NCBI GenBank assembly: GCA_964019335.1
Contig: OZ025729.1
Location: forward strand, 248,001 to 312,000
Direction of reading: 5' to 3'
DNA from: Diplonema japonicum
Taxonomy: Eukaryota > Protista > Euglenozoa: Diplonemea
Length of the DNA: 64,000 nucleotides
In this document: one piece after another, positions 19,855 through 30,673 of the stretch
Numbering within the stretch: position 1 is the stretch's first letter
Layout of the letters: each line of letters starts with the position of its first letter
Translations under genes and position numbers: made by a program
The notes under the pieces: generated by a model
Databases searched by the model: none
Seen by the model: only the letters and a program-made list of their open reading frames with translations
Told to the model about the DNA's origin: nothing

Positions 19855-22200
19855 ATGACAAAACTGAAACAAAAAACCTTGGACAACAAGGTGTACTGCA
19901 ATGTGAGGCTGTCCTTTCTATTAGTGAGCGCAACGGCGATAAGCACACTGCTGTCGCTGGCAGGGGGCCTTTTAATGTACAGCGAATCTCTGAAGTCCTT
20001 AGAAGGGGTCGTGAGGGACATATCAGACGCACAGGTGCAAAGACTGAAACTGGAACTCGAGCAAAGCTACGTTGAGGCACTAAGAGCAGAGAAAGAGCTC
20101 CACACAGTAATCCTGGGCAGGATACAGGGACAGCATCACATAGGAACGCACCCCAACAAATCACTAAATATTCACGACAACGACACAAGAACATGGGAAG
20201 AACAACTGGAATGGGAGACATTCCCACGCGTGCGGCACTCCTGGTGGCTAGACGAAGTGGGTGTCGAGGTGGTACCCCATGTTGAGGACGACCCCGCTCT
20301 GTTCTTCATGCACACCTGGAACGAAATCATAGCCGGTAAGCTGTCGTACGTAAAGGCATTCTACAACCAGGTAAGACAACCAGCAGGAAGCGTCCACAGG
20401 GCCACAGCTTACAATGTACACACGGACAATGGTACAATCGTCAATGAAAGCTATCAGTGGGACTTGATAGCTTCGGAACGTGCATGCCACGATGGGATGC
20501 TTAACACATCGACGGCAAAGGCCGGTGAACGCCTCGCACAGTGCGCAAAGAAACCGGAACTGTGGCTATCCAGCGACTTAACACCGTTTATGTACATATT
20601 TTTGGACACTTGGTACGCCGCTCCACCCCCGCCCCATCCATGGTCTGTCTATAAGTTCTTCGGGGTAAGGGTGGCATGGTATTTCCGACAGTGGGAGATC
20701 CGCTTGAAGGAGTACACCGAACGAAACAGCAACACCGAAGTCCTCATTTTCGACCAGCTCACAGAAATAGTGTACGCGAGCAGTTCAGTAACTGAAACAA
20801 TATCAAGTTCATGCCTTGGGCAGGACAGGGACAATATTTACTCTCGTTTGGAACAGTGCGCGATGCAGCTTACGAACCAATCCAAAATGGAAAACGCATG
20901 GAATGCAGTAGGGCGTAGGTGGCCCGGCTTCTGGGTCGAGAACATAGAAGGCGGAGAACACTTCATCCGCACGCAGACGTTGTTGCGGCTTGACAACGGC
21001 CGCAACACCATTACCTTCGACTCTGTAATCCTGTGGATCCAGTCCACCAGCGTGGTTGAGGACAAGGTTGACGCAGCACTAATTCTGCTCATCGCGTTCT
21101 GTTGTGTTGTGCTGGGATGCGACCTCTTTGTCCTTCTTCTGGAATACGTTTTTGTAGTAATCCCCATATCCAAGATTTCCAGTTCCACATCGCATCTCGT
21201 CACGATGGACCTGGACGGTGCTCATCGAGAGATCGTTGCTGCTATACGACAATGGGCAAATGTTGGTGAAGTGGTTCACCTAGCTGATGGCCTGTTGTTC
21301 GCGTGCCATGTCCTTGAACAGTATAAGGCGTACCTTCCGAGTACGCTGTTTGTCATCCAAGAACCGGAAACATTCTCCTCAGACGGCGAGGGAACGGAGA
21401 ATTCTGGGAGCAGCAAGGGCTTCGTGAAGTCGCGTCTGAACGTCGGGCTGAACAGTTTGAAGGGCGCGGTCATGAAAATACGCTTGAATGTTGAGTCGCC
21501 GAAAACACACTGCTCGGACTTCAGCAACACAATCTCAGTCGTGCTTGAAAAACTAACAGCAACAGGCGGGGTTCTTCACGCATTTACACTAACCGATCCA
21601 GAAGTACTTCACATGTCATGGGGCCTATCTGCAGCATGCGGCGATGTCATCTTTAAAGCATGTACCTGTGCTGTTTATTTGGAAAAAGCTAAGATTGTCA
21701 AATGGGGTTCCATTGCATATGGAGCACTTGAGGCAGGGAACGTTGGCAACTCCACACATAAGGGTTTTGCGATAACAGGCGCACCGCTGAAGAATTTGAA
21801 CGCAGTGTTTTCGTTAGCCACGTACTTTGGGGAAAGGGTGGGTCCTGTCGTTGCGCTGCCGTTGAGCGCGTCTGAGCCTCTTAAAGGAAGGATTATGACC
21901 GCGGCGATTGGGTACATTGTTGGTGATTCACTGAATTTCCTTTCGGTTCAGGTGAGCGGCTGCCTCGACAGTAGCAGCGATGAATGGATGTACACAATGG
22001 TCTCCTCGCCTGCGGACCCTTTGTTGGATATATTTAAGCAGCTCTTAACAGAGCACGATGCTAAGCGTGAAATCTCGGGGCAGGCGGAGTCAATAGCTTC
22101 GGTGGACACCAGCAAGCTGGGGAACGTGCAGGAGTGGGTGCACAGCAGGTTGAGGGAAGGAAAATTTCTTTTCCGGATAACGGAGCCGTACTTATCTTAG
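19855..22200 (+). CDS. Receptor-type membrane protein with HAMP-like linker and degenerate class III nucleotide cyclase domain (781 aa)
   Basis: Two TM helices flank a large ectodomain; YKAYLP signalling-helix-like motif; GALEAGNVG...FAITG cyclase-like motif. Confidence 0.65.
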   Translation: MTKLKQKTLDNKVYCNVRLSFLLVSATAISTLLSLAGGLLMYSESLKSLEGVVRDISDAQVQRLKLELEQSYVEALRAEKELHTVILGRIQGQHHIGTHPNKSLNIHDNDTRTWEEQLEWETFPRVRHSWWLDEVGVEVVPHVEDDPALFFMHTWNEIIAGKLSYVKAFYNQVRQPAGSVHRATAYNVHTDNGTIVNESYQWDLIASERACHDGMLNTSTAKAGERLAQCAKKPELWLSSDLTPFMYIFLDTWYAAPPPPHPWSVYKFFGVRVAWYFRQWEIRLKEYTERNSNTEVLIFDQLTEIVYASSSVTETISSSCLGQDRDNIYSRLEQCAMQLTNQSKMENAWNAVGRRWPGFWVENIEGGEHFIRTQTLLRLDNGRNTITFDSVILWIQSTSVVEDKVDAALILLIAFCCVVLGCDLFVLLLEYVFVVIPISKISSSTSHLVTMDLDGAHREIVAAIRQWANVGEVVHLADGLLFACHVLEQYKAYLPSTLFVIQEPETFSSDGEGTENSGSSKGFVKSRLNVGLNSLKGAVMKIRLNVESPKTHCSDFSNTISVVLEKLTATGGVLHAFTLTDPEVLHMSWGLSAACGDVIFKACTCAVYLEKAKIVKWGSIAYGALEAGNVGNSTHKGFAITGAPLKNLNAVFSLATYFGERVGPVVALPLSASEPLKGRIMTAAIGYIVGDSLNFLSVQVSGCLDSSSDEWMYTMVSSPADPLLDIFKQLLTEHDAKREISGQAESIASVDTSKLGNVQEWVHSRLREGKFLFRITEPYLS

Positions 22201-22879
22201 CTGTTTTTGGCTAAGGACGGCACATTTTTCTTTTCTTTTTCTTTTTTTTTTTTTTTTTTTATTTCGATTTTTCGCGCGAGAAAAATCCCCATCGATTGGC
22301 TTTAAGATGCTGAAGCTCGCATCCCCAAATAGCTCTTTTGGAGTGACTGCGGCCGATGTTATCTTATCGATCAAAAATGCCATCCATGACTGAAAGGCGG
22401 ACCCCACGGGTGGCAACAAGATGCATGACAAGCATGTGTAGGTCCACGGTGGGCACCAACCAGCGCAAAAATAGATCGAGTTCCCCCCCCTCCCCTGCTT
22501 TTTCACCATCGCCGCTGGAATGCGCGCGGCCAAATATTCCCCCCCCCCATTTTTTGAGGCGTCCTGCCACATACCGCAGGTACCCTTAAATGTCTCTTTC
22601 TTGTGGCTAATTTTAGCATTGCACGCTTAACGCCACCTAGTGTTGCAATCAAAGCCCCATTTTTTTTTTTATTAAAAATATTTTAATTAAAACTAAGGTA
22701 CAAGGTACAAAAAAAAAAAAAGAAACCCTTTTCTGAAGGATTAGATCTTGTCTCCATCTCCATCATAAGCAGTAAGCACAGCCTGCTGCCTTTTGTGTGG
22801 TTAAAGGTCGAAAAGCCACTTTCGCATGAAAGGAACAACACCCCGAAGGGGTCGTTTTGTATGCAGGAGGTTTCCTTTC

Positions 22880-23100
22880 TTTTTTCTTTTTTTTCGGCAG
22901 GGGATGTCCTACGGGAGTACACCCTGCGCTGGTATGCAGGCAGCAGGAACACGTCAGTCTCGACGGTGGAGCTGGCACTGGACTTCGAGAACGTGACTGG
23001 GAAGACCCTGGGGAAGAAGATCTGGCACACATGTGCAGCCCTGCAAGCGAAGAGGCAGGAGGTGTACCACACACCACCAGTAGCTGGAGATCACAAAAAA
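22880..23100 (+). mobile_element. LINE C-terminal coding remnant (VELALDFENVTG)
   Basis: Peptide similarity to 7172 and 51223. Confidence 0.4.
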
Positions 23101-23180
23101 ACCACCTTAATTTAACTTGAACAAGAAAAACAAAATTAGGGGTCGAAAAATCTTATTGTTGTTGTTTTTATTTTTATTTT

Positions 23181-23649
23181 TTTATTTCACTCTTCGTCAT
23201 TTTCTTCACTCACTAGGGGCCTCAAAATTTAACGCGAAATCGCCATAATTTAACTAGTTAAATTATGAGATTTTCGAGTTAAATTATGGGGCTTCAGAGT
23301 GAAAAAATGGGTCTTGTCGTGGAAGAAAATGTACCCAACCCCTTGAAAATTCTTTTTGGGGACGGGGTATTTTGACTATTTTTGGCCATCTGAGGCCATT
23401 CCAGCCCTTAAAAGTGGGAATAAGTGCCTTACTTCCCCTTTAAATGCCACGGCGAAATAGCTACCCTGTATTACCTTAGGAAAATCCCCAAAAAGCTGAC
23501 CTGCGTGAAAAAAAACAGCAGTGAAAGCAGTGAAGAGTGAGTGACTCAAATGACGAAGAGTGAAATAAAACGACTTACTTGCCGCCAAATGAGCCATTAT
23601 TTAACTCGCGTTAAATAATGACTCATAATTTGTTGGCAATACATAGCTA
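23181..23649 (+). mobile_element. Non-autonomous element with asymmetric inverted repeats and 3' hairpin (Helentron/HINE-like), copy A
   Basis: Perfect 20-bp IR 23181-23200 / 23550-23569, then a stem-loop at ~23577-23640. An inverted near-identical copy lies at 32218-32749. Confidence 0.7.
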
Positions 23650-23971
23650 AGGGGGGGGGGGGGGGGGGCGAATAATTCCCTCCCAAAGAATGTGTTTTTT
23701 TCCCAAATAATTCCCGACCCCCTTTCTTTTTTATTTTGGGGGGACCGGGGGGTCACATGTTAGTCGTGCAACGGGCTTTTCTCAGTTATGCCTGTGCAGG
23801 TACTAGCCTACCTAACCCATGTACTACACCCCTTTTTTGACTAAAAAGTCGATTTCCGCCTGGTTTTGGGCACTTTTTGGGCACTTACGAGCAATTCCTT
23901 TGCATTTTGAAGAACAGGGACATCACATACCGCAGGTACCCTTAAATGTCTCTTTTTTTTATTATTATTAT

Positions 23972-24850
23972 TACTGTAAAACGAAAACTCCCGGACGGAA
24001 AAATGTCCGAGTTTTTTTGGCGTCCGGGAATTTTTCCGTCTGGGAGTTTTTCCGTTCGGGAATTTTTTTTAGGTAAGGCCGTCAGGGGCCTGGTCCACTA
24101 CCACCTACATACTGGCCTGGGCTGCAAACGGCAACCGCGCGAAGAAACCCCCAGGGTTCCCTTTCTGCATCTTTGTCCTCCCTTGCTGCCCTGAGGCAAT
24201 CAACTTGTCGAGCCTTCGTGTGGCCTACTACCTTTCTTAATAGATGATTTACAGCTGCGTTCAACCCAATATCCATCGGTTGAACCATGTAGGTGAGCCC
24301 AGGGGGACAAAAGCAATGTGCACGTTTGCGCCTGCGAACAACTCTACGAACCCATAGGCATAGGTCGTGTGAGAGTTGTGGTCGCCGCCAAGCAGCAGAA
24401 TCGGCCCGTTCGGCAAAACCATGGGAATCGATGATTTATAGCAAAAAGGAAGAAACAGCTCCGTAACCCAGATACCGAGTATCATAATTAGCCCAATGAT
24501 TGGGCGATGCCGTTAGGCTCCATTCGGTGGGCGGGTGCTTGACCAGGGCACGGATAATCCCTGCCGGTTACGTTTCCGCTTTGCCTTTGTATTTAACCAT
24601 CCAGCCAAGGAAACAGCCAGCTGTTCGGTTATAGCCCGTTTTGTCCCCCAAGCCACGGACTTTTACGACCTTGGCACCCCTTTTTGTTTTGGTTTTTAAC
24701 CCCGTATTCCAGACCAATTCCGGCCTTACTTTATGGGTGTCGATTATGGACCTGAATTCCATGGTGAAACAGCGTGCCTTCTCGTTGTCCTTCTCGTTTC
24801 CGGGCTTTCCGGAGGTGGCTTGCGGCTTTTGTCTTTCTTGCTGCAAAATT
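23972..24850 (-). mobile_element. Pogo/Tc5-like (DDE_1) transposon relic, copy 1
   Basis: Minus-strand fragments LLLGGDHNSH and QPMDIGLNAAV. Terminus TACTGTAAAACGAAAA with GGACGGAAAAA subterminal repeats; second copy at 62215. Confidence 0.75.
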
Positions 24851-25066
24851 TTGTCAGCCTAGCCAGTGGAAAAGGACAGTGCCCCACCAAAGTCTATATA
24901 TATATATATATTTTTTTTTTTTTTCCTACTTGCAGACCTTTAAATTTCTCCTGTTTTCCGCCCCGGCACGGTGCAACTAATACCTCTCTTGTTACACACT
25001 GTACACACACAGAAGAAAAGAACAACAATTGATTTCTTGTGTAAATGATGGCTCCTCATTTCCCGT

Positions 25067-26110
25067 GGTTTTGATATTGGCATCGTTTCAAAAAAAACCA
25101 ATTGACACTTTCAATATTTCTCTAAGTACTTTTTTCCAAAGAAAAAGATTTCTACAACTTTCCCGGCCCAGGTTAGGAAAGAAAACACCCCAGAAAATGG
25201 GAAAGTAAGTGTTACTAGTACCCAGAAAATAGAGGGGGTGACAAAAATGGATGCTTTTAAACTTGCTGTTGAGAAGCTAGAGGTAAAAAAAAAGGGTATT
25301 CGTACCGAGAAAGGGTAAATGGGAACACCTCGGCGATCAGGACACCCGCCACAGGTTCTTGAGGAGCTCAGTGGCAACGAGTGCGCCGTGCATGTAGTTA
25401 CTGATGTCTTTGGCCCGTACAAAAAGAAGATTCTTGAGTTTCCGGATTTTACAGGTGCTATGAGCTCAGGAGCACACCAAAGGGTGTATTGCTACGTGTG
25501 CGTCCACGAGCTAGAAGGAACTAAAGTACATCATCAAAGAACTCGATGCAGACAGGGCAGAGAAAAGGCCCCCAGTCTATGTATCTTGTGATGAGTATGA
25601 GGACGTTCCTGATAGCCTTCCCGGACTTGAAAAACGAGAAAAAAAAGTAACCAAATTACAAAAACACTCGACACCCCATGACAAGCCCAAAGCACCAAGT
25701 ACACCTACGAATGAGCCTCTTAAAACCCCCCAAAATGCGGTAGAAGGCCTAATAGTATGAAAAAGAAACGAGGTCGCCCACTCAGCAGCAGCACATCTCA
25801 GCAGCAGAAGACTAGGAAATGAAGGTTTCCACTTTCAACATCATTTCAGCCACCTTCTAGCAGTGAGTTCCGCTATTTCTTGCTATTGAAAGCATACTCT
25901 CTGCCCGATTTTGACCCTAAAACTGAATTTTTCATAGGTCAAAATAGCACCCTTGAGCAATTTCTGACCCCGGGTTCTTTCCTGATATGGGCCGGGAAAT
26001 ATGGAGAATTCTTTTTAAAGGGGGCGGCATGCCCAAAGATGCAACGAAAGTGTCAATTGGCCTCATTTTTTTGGGGGGGGTTTTTTTTGAAATCGACCCA
26101 TATTCTAACC
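25067..26110. mobile_element. ~1-kb element with long imperfect terminal inverted repeats and decayed internal ORF
   Basis: CCAATTGACACTTTC (25099) / GAAAGTGTCAATTGG (26046); TTTCCCGGCCCA..AGGAAAG / CTTTCCT..TGGGCCGGGAAA; GGTT...AACC ends. Confidence 0.6.
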
Positions 26111-26884
26111 TATAGTAGGCCTCAGCTTAGGAAGAATTAAGTCACCCCATACATACACGAATCCGTGATTTTATTTTATTTATTGTTGTAAATTGCTCAG
26201 CAAGAAAAAGAAGAAGAAAGAAAAGAAAAAAAAGGGGGGGGGGGAAACGGGAAAATAAAAAAGGAACTACTATTTTTCACCCTTTTCGTCATCGTCTGCG
26301 TAAACCCATACACAGTACTTGACCAAGGGGTTGAAAAGGTAATTACGGAAATCAGATCGATTTTTTAAAGGAAATCGAATTTTTTTTTTTTTACGCCCAG
26401 AAATATTGAGGGGGGGGTTTTATAGCACTTCCGTGCAATATTGAAACCCCCCCCCCAAAAAAAGGCAGTTTTTCTGCTGTATTTCTTTTTCTCTTATTAA
26501 TTTTTCTTTTCTTTGCACACTTCCGACTTCTGGGTGCGTAGCGAACACCTGAATTGAGACGTGGCAAAAACAAAGAATAAGGCAAACAAAGGCGGGGAGC
26601 AACTTTATGGCATGCTTTGGAGCCGACAGTTAGCGCTGGTTGCCTTGTGTCAACCTTATATTTATTTTTCCTTCTACCCTCCCCCCCCCTTGCTGCTTTC
26701 TCTTGATCTCTTTTTTTTCTTTCGCCGTTGTGGATTTCAAGTCCAGTAAACAGTTTTTCCTTGGTCACACCCCAGTCACTGCAATCAGATAGCCCCGGGT
26801 TACGGTGGCTATAAAAATTTGGGAATCTCACACTATTCCAGATTTTCTGTGGAGACTCGGGGAATGTGTTATCCCCCAATGTGC

Positions 26885-26910
<26 letters not shown>

Positions 26911-26915
<5 letters not shown>

Positions 26916-27024
26916 ACTGGCCGTTGTTTGTACGTGCCGGGTAAAACCTGGAGAAGTTTGTCAACCCGCAACACGTTGCCAACGTTCCCCTTTTGTTTAG
27001 ACAAGTCAAAGACTCGTTCTTGCA
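26911..27024. repeat. ~120-bp poly-A-flanked repeat family B (SINE-like)
   Basis: Reverse-complement copies at 13392-13470, 45023-45140, 47781-47900 and 47917-48016; fragment at ~39420. Confidence 0.8.
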
Positions 27025-27049
27025 AAAAAAAAAAAAAAAAAAAAAAAAA

Positions 27050-27792
27050 ATAGCTATTTACTGCCAACAAGTAATGACTTTACCGTTACCTCGAGGTTCC
27101 GCATTTTACCGTCGAGGGCCCGCAGGGCCCGAGATGGTAAAATGCGGAACCGAGAGGTCGGTAAAGCATTACTTGGCGGTAGGTAAGTGGTTTTATTTCA
27201 CGACACTCTGAAATTACTTCACCACGAGGGGCACAACAGGGTGACAAGGGGTACAACAAGAGAGGGGTTACAAAGGTTACAATACAAGTTGTTTTTCCTC
27301 CTTTTGTTGACTTAGAGCTGCCGCTGTCGCTGGCATTGCCACTGTCACCATCTCTAATCAGGCCTTCCCATACCTAGCGCGGCCGCTGGCTCCTTTTTTT
27401 CTGCTGCTTCGGTATTTTGAAGTCTTTTGGGGAGCTTGGGTAAGCTGACTAAGTTACCCTTACCCACAGAAGAGTTACCGACAGAAACTGGGAACAAGGC
27501 CTAGCCAAAAGTGGGCAAATTGGGAGGAAAAAGTAGTCCAACTTGGAACTGAGCCGAGGCAAAAGTTGGCCAATTGAGCTGAACCTGGGGGGAAATTAGC
27601 AAACTGAGAGGAAAAAGTAGCCCCACTGGGAACCGAACCGAGGCAAAAATTGGCCTACCGAGGCATATTATTTAACGGAAACCCCCTATTACTTCACGGA
27701 AAACAGGCCATTATTTCACCGTGAAGTAATGAGATTTAGCGTGAAGTAATGGGCCCCCCAGTGCGTGAAGTAATTTCTGAAGAGTGAAATAA
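27050..27792 (-). mobile_element. Helentron/HINE-like element, subfamily 2
   Basis: ~130-nt hairpin at 27057-27183 and IR TTTATTTCAC..GAAATTACTTCAC / GTGAAGTAATTTC..GTGAAATAAA. Partial copies at ~45220-45390 and ~59370-59600. Confidence 0.65.
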
Positions 27793-28197
27793 AAAAAAAA
27801 AAAAATAAAAAAAAAAATCATTTTCGAAAAGCAGTTTTTTTTTTTTTTTTTTTTATTTTGTCAGGTGTGCACTTTTAACTACTATTCCCCCCCCCGCTTT
27901 TTTTTCCGTTCTTTTTTTCTTTTTTTTTTATACAAAAAAACAGTGAAATTAACGACTACCAACAGGAAAAAAAGGGGGGGGGAAATAAGCAGAAAATAAA
28001 AAAAAAAAGAAATGGCCGAGCATAGACAAGGCATATCACATGCGATGGCCTTCCATAACAGAAGGAAGAGCGAAGCCGAAAGGACAAAAATGAGAGAGAA
28101 ATGGTATATAAAGAAAATAAATAAAAAAAAAAAAAAAAAAAAAAAAACCAACAGCGACCCCTTGTACCGCCCTGTCCCGAAGGACATTTCAAGAAGC

Positions 28198-28272
28198 ATG
28201 AATCCTGTAGTTTTCTTTGAATTGTCTAAAGGATTGTCAGTGTGTATGTTTTTTTTTTTTTTTTTTTCAAGG

Positions 28273-28305
<33 letters not shown>

Positions 28306-28992
28306 ACAGTCGGACGCATTGAAATAGAACTATTTGCAGACATCGCCCCCAGATCATCAGAGAATGTTCGTTGCCTGGCAACGGGCGAAGAAAAAGGCAG
28401 CCTAACCTACGTAGGGTCCGAGGTTGGCAAAGTCCACCAAACCCACATAGAGCTCGGATCCATCGGCGACGGCAACGTCACGCTCTACGGAAAACCGTAC
28501 GACCCAGAACCCTCAGAACTTTTGCACACCGACGTTGGGGTAGTAAGCATGACACCATCGAGCCCTGGTAAGATTGCAAGCCAGCTTCAAATCACTCTTT
28601 CCAAAGCAGAATCTTTAGATGTAAACTGCAGCGTGGTCGGACGCGTCTTAGCTGGAATAGACACTCTAAAGAAAATCGCCTCGATGTCCGTGTCTCATGG
28701 CTACCTCACGGAACCCCTTCATGTTTCAAGCTGCGGCCAGTTGTCAACACGTATTCGAAAAGTTCGAAGCCAGCGAGCCGAAGAACGAGATCTCAGAGAA
28801 CAAGCTGCAAAAGAAGCGGAGGTCATCGCGGTGAAAGATTCTATCCTGGACGAGGTTGCTGCTAGAAAATATGTCGCGAAGAGAAAAATCGCGGTGATCG
28901 GTGAAGATGACGATGAACAGGCCAAACTTGCACGCGACGAGGAGCGAAAAGCAAGGAAGGTGGTCACCAAAACAAAACGAAGGTTTTTTTAG
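28198..28992 (+). CDS. Cyclophilin-like protein with basic coiled-coil tail; predicted intron 28244-28309
   Basis: MNPVVFFELSKGLSV^FGRIEIELFADIAPRSSENVRCLATGE after removing GTATGT...CTACAG; VVGRVLAGIDTL. The FHRV catalytic motif is replaced by VGKV. Confidence 0.85.
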
Positions 28993-29063
28993 AACCCTTT
29001 AAAAGTTTAATTGATCTGCTTTCTCTCATTAACTCAGGGAAAAAAAAAAAAAAAAAAAAAAAA

Positions 29064-29615
29064 ATGAAAGTAGCCATGTATCTTGCGATGCTTGCAACTG
29101 CAGCCTCTTGCGCTAATGTTACAGTCCTCTTGGATGCGTCCCAGTCGATGCACCCAAACGGGTATAATGCTCTTCTAGATCAAATGCAGGAATGGGAAAA
29201 GGGTTTGAACGGTGGTGTTAAAGTCAGGTACTTGCAGTGCTCCACGGTAGTGAGGGAGGCGCCGAACGGGACTCGAGATGTACTGCAGTGGCATAAGGAG
29301 AATTTTATAGGGAAGGGAAGCCTCATAAAGGAATGCCTCTCAAGAGCCGTGAGCACTCGGCCAGGCTTCCTTGTAATTACTATGGACACTCCTCCTCATG
29401 ACGATCCCGTGGTTCCCACACCTTCGCAGGCTGGTGTTCCTACATTTGGTGTAGTATTGAGGAGAACTGCGATTCACACTAAAATGGACATCGCGGTGGA
29501 GGCGACGTTGGAGGACTTGGAAGTTGTTTCCGAGCCTGTTGAAGAATTTATTTACAACACTATGATCGATGGCGTTGGGGAGGTGATGAATGAGATTTCG
29601 GCAAAGTTTGCTTGA
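29064..29615 (+). CDS. Small secreted von Willebrand factor A-like domain protein (183 aa)
   Basis: Signal peptide MKVAMYLAMLATAASC; MIDAS-like VLLDASQSM; LVITMD strand. Confidence 0.7.
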   Translation: MKVAMYLAMLATAASCANVTVLLDASQSMHPNGYNALLDQMQEWEKGLNGGVKVRYLQCSTVVREAPNGTRDVLQWHKENFIGKGSLIKECLSRAVSTRPGFLVITMDTPPHDDPVVPTPSQAGVPTFGVVLRRTAIHTKMDIAVEATLEDLEVVSEPVEEFIYNTMIDGVGEVMNEISAKFA

Positions 29616-29779
29616 AAAAAAAAAAAAAAAAAAAAAAAAATGTTTTATAAAAAAAAAAAAACGAAAAAGTCGGGGAAATACTGGTCAAGGTCGTTCTCCC
29701 GTTTTTTTTTTTTTTTTCCTTTTTTTTAAAAAAAAGGAAACTGGACACAATCAAGACACACAATCTTTTTTTTTTTAAC

Positions 29780-29828
<49 letters not shown>

Positions 29829-30634
29829 AATATCGCAGGAGCCGGAGTTTCTTCCTTTTGTTTATCGTATTAAGTTATTGTATAAATACTAAAGGAGGAA
29901 AAATAGGGGAGGGGGGGGGGGGGGGGGGGACAAAAGGAACAAAAAAGGGGGGAACAAAAAAAGGGGGGGGGAAGAAAGAAAAAGAAATGTTCTTTTTTTA
30001 AAATATAAAATATTGTCAAATCTTATTTTTTTTTCTCCCCCCAAAAATATTTTTTTTTTGTTTCTACTTTTCCTGCCCAAAGAAAAAAAAGGCTTCTTTT
30101 TTCATATTTTCACCCCTTTTTTTTTGTTATTCTTGACCTTCTTCGTGTGTGGAGGGAGAAACAGTTTTTTAAAACAAAAAGAATTCTTTTTTTCATTATT
30201 TTTTTTTTCTTTTTCTGTTTCTCACCCCACATATACTCTTCTTCTTTTTTGGCTTTTCAAAAGAAGAGGGACACTCCTTTCCTCTGAGCTTAACATAAAA
30301 CAAACTCCGAGAGTATAGTAAAGATATAGAACCGAAAGTTACTAGGAACCACACCCTTTTCTTTTTTTTTTTCTTTTTTTTTCCACCACACCACCACTCT
30401 CCCACGAAAAGGAGAAGAAAAAAAAAAGGGCGGAGAAAAAAAAAAAGAAATAAAAAAGAAATAGAAGTACTTTTTTTTTTTTCTTTTCCCCATCTGCTTT
30501 CCCCAACCCCCACCTTCAAACGTTTTCACCATCACAAAAAAAAAAAAAAAAAAAAAATACAATTTTCTCTTTCCTTTCTTTTTTTTTTTTGACTTTTATA
30601 TAAAAAAAAAAAAAAAAAAAGGAGGTGGAGGGGG

Positions 30635-30670
<36 letters not shown>

Positions 30671-30673
<3 letters not shown>

